Assembly: GCA_965205015.1 (NCBI GenBank)
Contig: OZ242029.1
Location: forward strand, 1,792,001-1,856,000
Reading direction: 5' to 3'
Length of the DNA stretch: 64,000 bases
DNA from: Candidatus Poribacteria bacterium
Lineage (GTDB): Bacteria > Poribacteria > WGA-4E > WGA-3G
Below the pieces are notes generated by a model. The model was given only the letters and a program-made list of their open reading frames with translations. It ran no database searches and was not told the DNA's origin. Made by a program: the position numbers and the translations under genes. Each line of letters starts with the position of its first letter. Position 1 is the first letter of the stretch. Shown here one piece after another: positions 20,178 to 28,923 of this stretch.

Positions 20178-21191
20178 CTATAGAAAAACCTCACGTTTGA
20201 ATCTGAGCAGTAACCACAGAAAAAATGGACCGCCGATCAGCGCGGTGACAATGCCAACGGGCAATTCAGCAGGGGCGACGACGGTTCGTGAGAATAGGTC
20301 TGCCGAGACAAGTAGGATCGCACCACCGACTGCTGAACCGGGTAACACATACCGATGATCTGCGCCACCCAAAAGTCTCAGCAGATGTGGCACAACGAGC
20401 CCTACAAAACCGATGCCACCTGCGGCGGAGACCGCCGCGCCTACCGTTAGTGCAACACCGAAAACCGACCACCTTTTCAGAGTTTCCGTTGAAACGCCGA
20501 GATGATACGCTTCGGATTCTCCCAAACTCATGGCATTCAATGCGGCTGCCTGTCTTAACAACACGGACAATCCTATAATTGCAATCGGTAGCGTTATGAA
20601 AACAACGGGCCACGTCGCACCCCCAAAGCCACCGAGTAACCAAAAAGTCAGGCTGCGTAACTCCTCATCGTCAGCGAGAAACGTCATTAGACCGATACCC
20701 GCGCCAGCGAAACTGTTAAGAGCAATGCCTGCCAACAGGAGGGTCAATGTGCGCACTCTGCCTTGTTCCTCTGCTATTTTCCATACGGCGATGGTCACAA
20801 GGACTCCGCATCCAAAAGCGGCGATAGGAAGTCCCCACACGCCTAACGCCCCTCCACCAATCAGGACAATCCAGAGTGTCGCGCCTAACCCCGCACCTGC
20901 TGTGACACCGATTAATCCCGGGTCCGCCAGTGGATTGCGGAAAATACCTTGCAGCGTCGCCCCCGAAATGGCTAACATTGCGCCGACAACAGCAGAGAGA
21001 ATAACGCGTGGGAAACGGACATGGACCAGGACTGCGAAGCCATTCTCTCGGGAAAATAGAATCTCAGGGATACGCCACGGTAGGATTTGATATGCGCCTA
21101 TCCCTGCCGCAACGCACATTGATACTGGAAGTAAACCGATGAGTGTTAAGAGAATCTTGATATATTTAAGGGGCATCGACGATGTTTCCAA
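20178..21191 (-). CDS. hmuU: Heme/iron-complex ABC transporter permease (FecCD/BtuC family)
   Basis: VRFPRV, QGIFRNPLADPGLIG, GIGFVGLVVPH, ELPVGIVTALIGGPFF. Confidence 0.88.
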   Translation of the reverse strand: METSSMPLKYIKILLTLIGLLPVSMCVAAGIGAYQILPWRIPEILFSRENGFAVLVHVRFPRVILSAVVGAMLAISGATLQGIFRNPLADPGLIGVTAGAGLGATLWIVLIGGGALGVWGLPIAAFGCGVLVTIAVWKIAEEQGRVRTLTLLLAGIALNSFAGAGIGLMTFLADDEELRSLTFWLLGGFGGATWPVVFITLPIAIIGLSVLLRQAAALNAMSLGESEAYHLGVSTETLKRWSVFGVALTVGAAVSAAGGIGFVGLVVPHLLRLLGGADHRYVLPGSAVGGAILLVSADLFSRTVVAPAELPVGIVTALIGGPFFLWLLLRFKREVFL

Positions 21192-22338
21192 ATGCCGCAG
21201 CGACCAACGTCAAATCCAGTATGTTCACGATGCCATCTGCATTGACATCCGCATCGTTTTCTCCGCTTTTGCCGAAGTTGGACGCAATCAGAGTTAGGTC
21301 AAGGATGTTAACAGCACCATCCCTATTGACATCTTCGGCAAGGTGATCTGGTGCAGCAGAAGGCAACTCCCATAACAACACCACGCCATCCAACCCGTTA
21401 CTCGCAAGGGTATTGCCATCTGGACTAAACGCTACGCCAATAACCGGATCCGTATGTCCTGTGAACTTTCGTATCTCGTTGCCAGTCGCAACATCCCACA
21501 GACGCAGTGTGCTGTCCCTACTACCACTTGCAACGGTATGACTCTCTGGACTAAATGCTATGCTAACGACCGCGTCCGTATGTCCTATGAGGGTTTGTAT
21601 CTCGTTGCCAGTCGTAACATCCCACAGACGGGCGATGCCTTCCTGCCAAGCACCACCACTCGCAAGGGTGTTGCCATCTGGACTAAACGCTATGCTAATG
21701 ACCGCATCCGTATGTCCTGTGAGTTTTCGTGTCTCGTTGCCAGTCGTAACATCCCACAAACGGACAGTGCGGTCCGAACCACCACTGGTAAGGATCTTGC
21801 CATCTGGACTAAACGCTATGCTACTCACCCAACCTGTATGTCCTCTCAGGGTTTGTATCTCGCTGTCAGTTGCCACATCCCACAAACGGATGATACCGTC
21901 CCTATCACCACTTGCGAGGGTGCTGCCATCTGGACTAAACGCCACGTTAATGGCGCCAGCATGCTCTGTGAGCGTTCGTATCTTGCTGCCAGTTGCAACA
22001 TCCCACAGGTGTCCAGTACCGACAGTGCCGTCCGAACCACCACTCATAAGCGTGTTGCCATCTGAACTAAACGCTATGCTAATGACCGCATCTGTAGGCG
22101 CTGCGATCAGGTCAAGTTCCTCACCCGTCTGCGCGTTGTAAAGCCAAATCTCAGTACCAGTTGCTACCGCGAGATGCGTGCCATCGGGAGAATACGCGAT
22201 TTCGCTTATCGTGCCTTTGTCGAGGCGGGCTTTGGCACCTTCCGGTAAATCCGATTGTGTGAAATCTTGGGCAAAAACGTTTGTTGTCACTGCAAATATG
22301 GCAACCCAAATCAGTGAAATAGAAAATCTATTTCTCAT
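21166..22338 (-). CDS. Secreted WD40-repeat protein with C-terminal dockerin-like domain
   Basis: Signal peptide; LPEGAKARL; repeated GHTDAVISIAFSPDG...LWDV; DVNRDGAVNILDL...DVNADGIVNILDL. Confidence 0.9.
   Translation of the reverse strand: MRNRFSISLIWVAIFAVTTNVFAQDFTQSDLPEGAKARLDKGTISEIAYSPDGTHLAVATGTEIWLYNAQTGEELDLIAAPTDAVISIAFSSDGNTLMSGGSDGTVGTGHLWDVATGSKIRTLTEHAGAINVAFSPDGSTLASGDRDGIIRLWDVATDSEIQTLRGHTGWVSSIAFSPDGKILTSGGSDRTVRLWDVTTGNETRKLTGHTDAVISIAFSPDGNTLASGGAWQEGIARLWDVTTGNEIQTLIGHTDAVVSIAFSPESHTVASGSRDSTLRLWDVATGNEIRKFTGHTDPVIGVAFSPDGNTLASNGLDGVVLLWELPSAAPDHLAEDVNRDGAVNILDLTLIASNFGKSGENDADVNADGIVNILDLTLVAAAFGNIVDAP
21400..22110. repeat. ~126-132 bp intragenic tandem repeats encoding WD40 units
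   Basis: TTGCCATCTGGACTAAACGCTATGCTA and CTCGTTGCCAGTCGTAACATCCCACA recur about 5-6 times. Confidence 0.85.
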
Positions 22339-22362
22339 AAATCTTTCCTTTTTGGTCTCAGA

Positions 22363-23331
22363 TTAATGTCTTTCCTCGTCACCTGTTGCAACAAAATATC
22401 CGTCGGTTTCATAGATACCTCGGAATAGATCGAGTGCAGCGCGCCCACAACGAGGACCGAATCCAGATAAATATTGCCCGTCCAATGTTACAACGCGTCT
22501 GTTTTGCCCGGCTGGTGTGTGTGCCAAACCCGGCAATTTGAGCAATCCATCAACACCCCCAACGGATTTCAGACTTGTGGTGAATAGGACATACACGTCC
22601 GGTTGTGCAGCGATCACCGCTTCTGCCGTCATCGGTTTGTTGCCTTTAATACTTCCTGCTGCATTCTCAACGCCAATAATATCAAACATTGCGCCAGGTG
22701 CGGTATCCGTTCCTAAAACCAGAGTGGTCTGTGTGCCGCGTAGATAGAGGAACAGGGCTTTCTGTTTCGGTTGCTCTTTTCGCGGGGCAAGTTTAACGTC
22801 CAGTTCTTTGATGTGAGTGTCTAAGGCGTTTATTAATGCCTCCGCTTTTTTCTCTCGTCCAACTGCTTTACCGATAGTTCGTAATCGTTGCTTGGCTGCT
22901 TCAAAGCTGCGAGGTTCCTTCAGCGATAAAACGGTTACGCCTGCCATACGAAGTTGCTGCACAACTTGTGGAGGCCTCACATCGTCTCGTCCAATCACCA
23001 GTGTCGGATTCAAGGAGAGAATCCCCTCGGCGTTAAGTCCATACTGATATCCGACACTCGGAAGTCGTTCCTTCACACCTTTCGGATACGTTGATGACGC
23101 ATCACAACCGACTACGTTATCACCGACACCCAGAGCAAATAAAATTTCAGTCGTACTGCCGTTGAGACTCACGATACGTTCTGATGACGTAATGACGACG
23201 GTTTTGCCCTCAGCATCTGTTACCTCGATTGCATCTGCAACAGCAAGGCAGAGTAAGATGCCAAACAGAACGAAAATCGAAACGCTTAATATCCACGCCT
23301 TACATAAGTTCGATCGAATAATTTCCATCAT
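22363..23331 (-). CDS. hmuT: Heme ABC transporter periplasmic binding protein
   Basis: ERIVSLNGSTTEILFALG, VGCDASSTYP, LPSVGY, AEGILSLNP, TPAGQN, GFGPR. Confidence 0.85.
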   Translation of the reverse strand: MMEIIRSNLCKAWILSVSIFVLFGILLCLAVADAIEVTDAEGKTVVITSSERIVSLNGSTTEILFALGVGDNVVGCDASSTYPKGVKERLPSVGYQYGLNAEGILSLNPTLVIGRDDVRPPQVVQQLRMAGVTVLSLKEPRSFEAAKQRLRTIGKAVGREKKAEALINALDTHIKELDVKLAPRKEQPKQKALFLYLRGTQTTLVLGTDTAPGAMFDIIGVENAAGSIKGNKPMTAEAVIAAQPDVYVLFTTSLKSVGGVDGLLKLPGLAHTPAGQNRRVVTLDGQYLSGFGPRCGRAALDLFRGIYETDGYFVATGDEERH

Positions 23332-23470
23332 GTCCTCCTTCTGAAAATGAGGTGTCGGGCATGGAACTCGTTTAAGTGAAAGGAGATTCTTAGACGAAAT
23401 TGTGCCATGCCCAACGGCTTATGAACTCGTTGTTCAGTTGTTCAGTGTAAAGTTCTTTGTTGTGCTGACT

Positions 23471-24163
23471 TTAGAAATTTCGGTTCCCATCTGGTTGGTG
23501 GACATACTCAAACGTCACGAAACCACTATCTTTCTTGTTTTCGTTATCTTTGTAGTATCCGATGAAGCGAACCTTGGCGAATGTTCCATCAGCGGCTTTG
23601 ATCACAAACACTCGATCTTCCAGGGGAAGAATCCAGTGTGCTGGCGGTCCGGTGTAGATATACCAGCCTTTTTCACTCTGTGGAACGATCGCAAGGGTAT
23701 CCTCTGTATCAGAGAGGTAACCGTCCGCGGGTGCTTCGGTTACAGCCGCAAATGTCGTTTCAGTCAGCATAACGGCACTCCCCATGCCCGGTCCACTGAT
23801 ACCACCGTTAAGTTTCACTTGGGTCCGCTGGAACCCGATGTCCCACGCTTCCGAATTTTCGGCATCTTCAACGTTGACGGTGTCACCGGACGCAAAAGAG
23901 AAGTATGCCCATGCCTCTCTATTCGTCGCGTCGATTGTGAACGTTAGGCTCTCTAACCCGACAGGCGCGTCAGCCGGAATTTGGGCATCCGGTTCAGGGG
24001 TTCCAGATGGTGTTGCATCAGGGGTTTCCTCCGGCTGAAGCAACCGATCGATATCGCCTTCGTCAACAGAATCGCAACCGAAACTGAAAAAGATGACAAC
24101 ACCTAACATTAGCATGAGAGAAATGGTGATGTACGGGTTGACAAAATCTCTGGTTTTTTCCAT
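23471..24163 (-). CDS. hmuY: HmuY-family hemophore-like lipoprotein
   Basis: Lipobox FSFGC; IDAT...WAYFSF, WDIGFQR, NGGISGPG, GWYIY, VFVIKAADGTFAKV, SGFVTFEY. Confidence 0.85.
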   Translation of the reverse strand: MEKTRDFVNPYITISLMLMLGVVIFFSFGCDSVDEGDIDRLLQPEETPDATPSGTPEPDAQIPADAPVGLESLTFTIDATNREAWAYFSFASGDTVNVEDAENSEAWDIGFQRTQVKLNGGISGPGMGSAVMLTETTFAAVTEAPADGYLSDTEDTLAIVPQSEKGWYIYTGPPAHWILPLEDRVFVIKAADGTFAKVRFIGYYKDNENKKDSGFVTFEYVHQPDGNRNF

Positions 24164-24183
24164 GATAATTCTCCTTTATCCGA

Positions 24184-24414
24184 CTAAACTTTCACGAGCG
24201 TATCCATATTTTCTAAATCGAGCTCCTCGGTCCCCGACTCATCAAGCTTCCGTAAAACACGCAGGGCTTCAACAAAGACTTCGGCGACTTGGTGGAAATC
24301 GCAGGAATCCATCGCGATATCCAGGGTGCGATATTTCAGGTGGATATGACCATCAAGACATTGGTAGATGGCGCATACTTCGGCTTGTGATAAAAATTCG
24401 ACTTTATAACCCAT
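24184..24414 (-). CDS. Small Cys/His-containing hypothetical protein
   Basis: GAGGAG RBS before ATG 24414; CAIYQCLDGHIHL; fills the gap between the two hmuY genes. Confidence 0.6.
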   Translation of the reverse strand: MGYKVEFLSQAEVCAIYQCLDGHIHLKYRTLDIAMDSCDFHQVAEVFVEALRVLRKLDESGTEELDLENMDTLVKV

Positions 24415-24444
24415 TGCTAATCTCCTCACGGCACGGCGGCGCGC

Positions 24445-25101
24445 CTATTGTAGTAACTTAATCGCTGCCCACGTTGTCGTTCCCTTTCCTTTCGGATCAA
24501 CACGCGTGGGTTCAGATTCAACAAAGATGGGGGTGCCATCATCTTGAAAAACGTATTCTATAGTGATGTTCCCCGAGCCTTCTTTGGTTTCGTTGTTCTC
24601 ATAATAGCCAATGAAACGGACTTTCGCGTAGTTATATGGACTCGCAGGCTGCGCCTTTGGGTCGCGAGCAATCCGTAAGACGTAAACTTTAGGGTTCGGT
24701 AAGACCCAGTGATTTGGGGGTCCGGTGTAGGTATACCAACCATCGCCTCGCGCGAAGGTCATAATTTGGTCGGTGTCCGAAACGTAGGCACCTTCCGGGG
24801 CTTCAAGGACATCTTCAAAAGAGATGTCCTTTAAAACCAATACACCGGTTTTCCCGGGACCGCTAACACCCCCATTGGCGATGACCGCGGTCCGCTTAAA
24901 ACCGAGGTCCCACGCCAGTGAGGAGGCAGCATCAGCAATATCAACCGTTTCACCTTCGGTGAAGTTGATATATGCCCAGTTCTCACGATCGGTCGCATCA
25001 ACCGTGAGTGTGTTTTGATGAAGTTCAGCAGACACTGTATGGACAGCGATGCTGACGGTGAAAACCATAATTGAAGTTGTGTAGACCATGAGCCGTGTCA
25101 T
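24445..25101 (-). CDS. hmuY: Secreted HmuY-family protein with C-terminal VDPKGKGTTTWAAIK tail
   Basis: Signal peptide without lipobox; VDAT...WAYINF, WDLGFKR, NGGVSGPG, GWYTY, YAKVRF. Confidence 0.8.
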   Translation of the reverse strand: MTRLMVYTTSIMVFTVSIAVHTVSAELHQNTLTVDATDRENWAYINFTEGETVDIADAASSLAWDLGFKRTAVIANGGVSGPGKTGVLVLKDISFEDVLEAPEGAYVSDTDQIMTFARGDGWYTYTGPPNHWVLPNPKVYVLRIARDPKAQPASPYNYAKVRFIGYYENNETKEGSGNITIEYVFQDDGTPIFVESEPTRVDPKGKGTTTWAAIKLLQ

Positions 25102-25123
25102 GTCTTTCGTATCCTTTCCAGTA

Positions 25124-27109
25124 TTAATAGGTTAAAGAGAGACCGCCGTAAAATGAGCGGCCCGTAAAGGTATAAAATGTCGGCATTTTGAAATCAAAGA
25201 TATTGTTGCATCCGATTGAGGCTTTGAACATTTTAAAAAGTGTCTTTGAGGCGCGAAGGTTCCAAACCCAATAACTCGGTGCGAGCTCTTCGGGTTCCAA
25301 CACTTTGTCCCCATCGTCGAAGAAACCCCACTGACTCGCATATCGTCCACGTAAATCAACCTGAACACCGCTATCCGAATGCAGATACGCCAATTTGAGG
25401 GTGCCACTGTGTGTGGAACGGTTCAGTAAAGGGAGTCCCGTCTCCTTATCCGCACCACGGAGGTAAGCGTAGCCAATAGCCGAGGTGAATCCATCTATTG
25501 AACCGGTAGTCGCTTCAACGTCAACCCCTTCTGTGTAAGCTCTACTGATGTTTTGATATTCGAACTTGCTGCCCCCCGCTGCGCTTTCTCCAACACGTTC
25601 CGCTTCAATCAGATTGTACAGGTCATTACGATACATGTGGATTCTGGTAAGTAAACCGTCGAATACCTGATATTCCAACCCCAGATTATAGTTGTGTGAG
25701 GATTCGGGTTGCAAGCTTGGGTTGCCCAGCACTTGGTAGCCGGCTGTCACGTTTGTGAAGTCGAGGTAAAGGTTTTTGAAGTCTGGTGCCCGAAATCCTT
25801 GACCATACGAGGCACGGATCCGCAAGTTGTCGATCAACCGATACATCGCACTTAGCTTTGGACTCAAATGAGAACCAAACTCGGAGTGATTGTCTAAACG
25901 TCCACCGATGACGAGTGCGAACGCAGAGATCGGACGGAATACGTTCTGGACAAAGAGGGAGTTCGTAAAAATCTCACGTTCCCCACCTGTGATGCGTTGC
26001 GATTGCAGGTTCTCCAGGATGACCTCACCCCCCAGCGTCAATTGATGTTTTTCCCAAAGCATTGTGTCAAATTGAACTTCGCCCTTAACCAGATCTTGGA
26101 TGTTGAGGTTTCCAGAACTTGTTTCTCCTGTCTCTCTGTTGATAACTGTTGATTCATCGTCATATCGGGTTGCATAGAGTTTTCCAGTCAGTAAAGGTGA
26201 AGACACATTCTGCAGGTTCCCAGCGTCAAATTCGTGCGCTATGCCCATACTTCCACTGAAGTTTTCGATATCACCAAGCCTGTCCAAGGCAATGGGACCA
26301 TTTTCACTGATTCCTTCCTGGTCTTGTGTAAAGTATTGTCCAGAGAGTATCAGGTTGGTCGCTGGTGTGAGTTGGTATTCGGTCCGTGCGGAACCTGTCA
26401 CATTGGCATAGCCATCGATTGTGGTTGTGAGGTCGGACGTATCCAGATCAATTGGACTTCGACGATTGTGGCTGAGCGTTAAAAGCGCGTTGAGTTTATC
26501 GCGTTGCAATTCAAGCGTGCCTCGACTGTCGAGGGTACTGTTTTGCTCAAAATTTTGGGAGACCTGAACTGAAAAGGGAGCAGTGGCTTTACGGGTGATG
26601 ATGTTAATAACGCCGCCGAGCGCAGAATTCCCGAAAAGAGAGGCGGTCGCGCCTTTGACGATTTCTATCCTCTCGACGTTTTCAACAGCAAGCCGTGCCA
26701 TGTCGAGTTTACCCGCAATACGCCCAACTTGCGGTTCACCATCCACAAGAATCAGTACGTATTCCGAATCAAGTCCTTGAAGTTGTACACCGTCGCCGTG
26801 CCCATCGCGATGGATAATGATGCCTGCCGTGTGCTCTAACACTTCTCCGATGTTCTCTGCCCCTGTTGCTTCAATTTCCGCGCGTGTAATGAGATTTGTA
26901 ATAACGGGTGTGTCTTTCAAGCGTTGCGGTGTCTTTGTTGCTGTTACCACGACCGGCTCTAACGCTACCGTCCCATCGGTTTCACTGCTCTCTGCTGAAC
27001 GCAATATTGCGAATAGAAATAATCCCAACACAAGCTTTATCAGTATCCCTGAAAGCCATTTGAAAGCAATGTTTGCGCTGCAAGAACGAATTGTTCTGTC
27101 TAAAAGCAT
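25124..27109 (-). CDS. TonB-dependent outer-membrane receptor (HmuR-like)
   Basis: TonB box LEPVVVTAT; plug LILVDG, VERIEIVKG, GGVINIIT; GFRAP, GNPSLQPESS; C-terminal GRSFYGGLSLTY. Confidence 0.92.
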   Translation of the reverse strand: MLLDRTIRSCSANIAFKWLSGILIKLVLGLFLFAILRSAESSETDGTVALEPVVVTATKTPQRLKDTPVITNLITRAEIEATGAENIGEVLEHTAGIIIHRDGHGDGVQLQGLDSEYVLILVDGEPQVGRIAGKLDMARLAVENVERIEIVKGATASLFGNSALGGVINIITRKATAPFSVQVSQNFEQNSTLDSRGTLELQRDKLNALLTLSHNRRSPIDLDTSDLTTTIDGYANVTGSARTEYQLTPATNLILSGQYFTQDQEGISENGPIALDRLGDIENFSGSMGIAHEFDAGNLQNVSSPLLTGKLYATRYDDESTVINRETGETSSGNLNIQDLVKGEVQFDTMLWEKHQLTLGGEVILENLQSQRITGGEREIFTNSLFVQNVFRPISAFALVIGGRLDNHSEFGSHLSPKLSAMYRLIDNLRIRASYGQGFRAPDFKNLYLDFTNVTAGYQVLGNPSLQPESSHNYNLGLEYQVFDGLLTRIHMYRNDLYNLIEAERVGESAAGGSKFEYQNISRAYTEGVDVEATTGSIDGFTSAIGYAYLRGADKETGLPLLNRSTHSGTLKLAYLHSDSGVQVDLRGRYASQWGFFDDGDKVLEPEELAPSYWVWNLRASKTLFKMFKASIGCNNIFDFKMPTFYTFTGRSFYGGLSLTY

Positions 27110-27129
27110 AATCTCTTCCCTTCGATTTG

Positions 27130-27843
27130 TCAGAAGGCTCGCCAAACAAAGAAGATGGCAAGGGTTAGCGATCCGAGCCCAAGTCCTGCAGCGAGCAGCC
27201 GCGGTCCATGTAAACGCGTCCAGAGCAATATGCCACTGAGGGCAAGGATAATTAGACTGCCAGCAATCGTATCAGCGAGGAGAATCCATGCAACCCCCAT
27301 TCCACTCGCCATATGCAACCGATTGAGAAAGGCGAATATATTCCTATCAAACTGCCTGACAGTCGTGTAAGCATTGCCGACCCAATATTCGGCGCTGTAA
27401 CTCTGTTTCGGGTTGCTGAAACTGACGCTCCATCTTTCAGGTTGCGTGACGGATTTTCCGCCCCAACTGATTTCTCGGGGCTCCTGTGAGCGCGCCCGGC
27501 TCCATTTCTTGTCGAGATCAAGTTCTACTTGCAGCCAGGCTGCGAACGCCTCGACATTTTCAAATTTATAATCTGGCAGTGGAAGTTCTCTTTTCGTCTG
27601 ATCGGTTTTAGCTGCGTTAATTTTCAAAGTTCCTCGGTGGTTGAGTAGGATACCAGTGACACCGAACAGGATACCCAAAGTCGCTCCCCATAATCCAAGC
27701 CATGCGTGTATTCGCCGAAGCCATTTGAGGAACGCGCCTCTGCTCCATGCAAGAGGTAAAAAGGAATATGGCGAACGTCGACGCTGTTTCTCCAGCTTTT
27801 TCACTGTTTTTTCAACGGATACTGAATGTGTAGGACTTGGCAT
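27130..27843 (-). CDS. PepSY-associated TM helix iron-regulated membrane protein
   Basis: LRRIHAWLG, GVTGILLNH, LNRLH, SGILLW; GGAG RBS at ATG 27843. Confidence 0.85.
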   Translation of the reverse strand: MPSPTHSVSVEKTVKKLEKQRRRSPYSFLPLAWSRGAFLKWLRRIHAWLGLWGATLGILFGVTGILLNHRGTLKINAAKTDQTKRELPLPDYKFENVEAFAAWLQVELDLDKKWSRARSQEPREISWGGKSVTQPERWSVSFSNPKQSYSAEYWVGNAYTTVRQFDRNIFAFLNRLHMASGMGVAWILLADTIAGSLIILALSGILLWTRLHGPRLLAAGLGLGSLTLAIFFVWRAF

Positions 27844-28082
27844 GTGAGTCTCCGAATTCTCTTGACAATCCCAATGCCGATAGCGTAATCTAATTAAGGC
27901 AGAAAAGGCATCGGACACGAAACGCGCGAACCAAAAAGCGCGAAAGGTCCGCGGTACGCAAAATACTGTCGATTTTCAATCGGCATGTGTTGATTTCCCG
28001 CAGAAACATGGACGATAGCTAACAATTGGCAGTTGGGAGCGGGTCCTGTTTCTTGCGTCGCTTTTTCTGCTATTATTTTACT

Positions 28083-28439
28083 TTAGTGAACCTTGAATGG
28101 ACCTCCGCGAGGTTCTTCCTTCAACTCAGGTCGAGCGGAATCGAGGAACACCTCATGAAGTTCGAGTTTATTTGATTGTGTGAACGCCTCTTTCGGCAAC
28201 GTACCGGATTGAGCATGGCCCTTACGGAACTCCTCGGATTCTACCCAATTTTCAAAATCCTTTCGCGATTCCCAAAGTGTAAAGACAATATATGGATCGC
28301 TGTCATTGACAGGACGTAGGACTTGGTTGGAGATGAACCCCGGCATTCCATCGACGAGACGAGCCCGGTTTTGGAACCGTTCCTCAAATTCGTCCTGATA
28401 TTCAGGCGCGACATAGATTCGATTCGCAACAGTTATCAT
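28083..28439 (-). CDS. Heme-degrading monooxygenase (IsdG/HmoA, ABM family)
   Basis: MITVANRI, FEERFQNR, MPGF, TLWES..DFENW..SEEFRKGH; AAGGAG RBS. Confidence 0.85.
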   Translation of the reverse strand: MITVANRIYVAPEYQDEFEERFQNRARLVDGMPGFISNQVLRPVNDSDPYIVFTLWESRKDFENWVESEEFRKGHAQSGTLPKEAFTQSNKLELHEVFLDSARPELKEEPRGGPFKVH

Positions 28440-28459
28440 AAAGGTTCTCCTTCTTTTTT

Positions 28460-28480
28460 TGAGAATGAGATTCGTTATCA
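28460..28480. promoter_or_regulatory. Fur-like box 1
   Basis: TGAGAATGAGATTCGTTATCA. Confidence 0.75.
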
Positions 28481-28635
28481 AATTCATGGGAAGGCGGGGT
28501 ATCCTGTTCCCCGCCGACCATGCGGAACATGCTGTACTTCGGTGAATGCATCTTGTATTCCCGTTTCGTACGCATCTTCTTTTGAATTTCCACCCTTGGA
28601 GGAAAGTGATATACCTGAGTACCACCTTCAAAAAT

Positions 28636-28656
28636 TGAAAATGAGACTCATTATCG
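28636..28656. promoter_or_regulatory. Fur-like box 2
   Basis: TGAAAATGAGACTCATTATCG. Confidence 0.8.
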
Positions 28657-28727
28657 TTTTTTCTGAAGGCGGTATTCAGAGGGGCAGTATATCAATCAAC
28701 GCGTTCGAACATAATCCGAACATATAT

Positions 28728-28757
28728 ATTATACTGTACGCCATGAACCGATGTCAA
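28728..28757 (-). promoter_or_regulatory. sigma70 promoter of heme-uptake operon
   Basis: TTGACA-N18-TATAAT on minus strand. Confidence 0.65.
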
Positions 28758-28923
28758 ATTTTTTTTTATCAGTTCCTTAATTGGATCAATATCGTCCACA
28801 TTTTCGCTGTAAGGTATCACGATACGCATTACATCCTACAAAATTTCGGTTTTATAATCAAGAAAAAGTACTAATTTTGTGTTTTTTACCCAAACTTGTG
28901 GACTTCTATCCGTCTCTGCCCTC

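Noticed and set aside
21400-22110. Regular ~126-bp repeats as a CRISPR array
   Set aside because: In-frame WD40 coding repeats without unique spacers; no cas genes.
28402-28874. ORFs 28402-28593, 28323-28874 and the N-terminal extension of IsdG to 28631
   Set aside because: They overlap the promoter and Fur boxes; the real start is ATG 28439 with an AAGGAG RBS.
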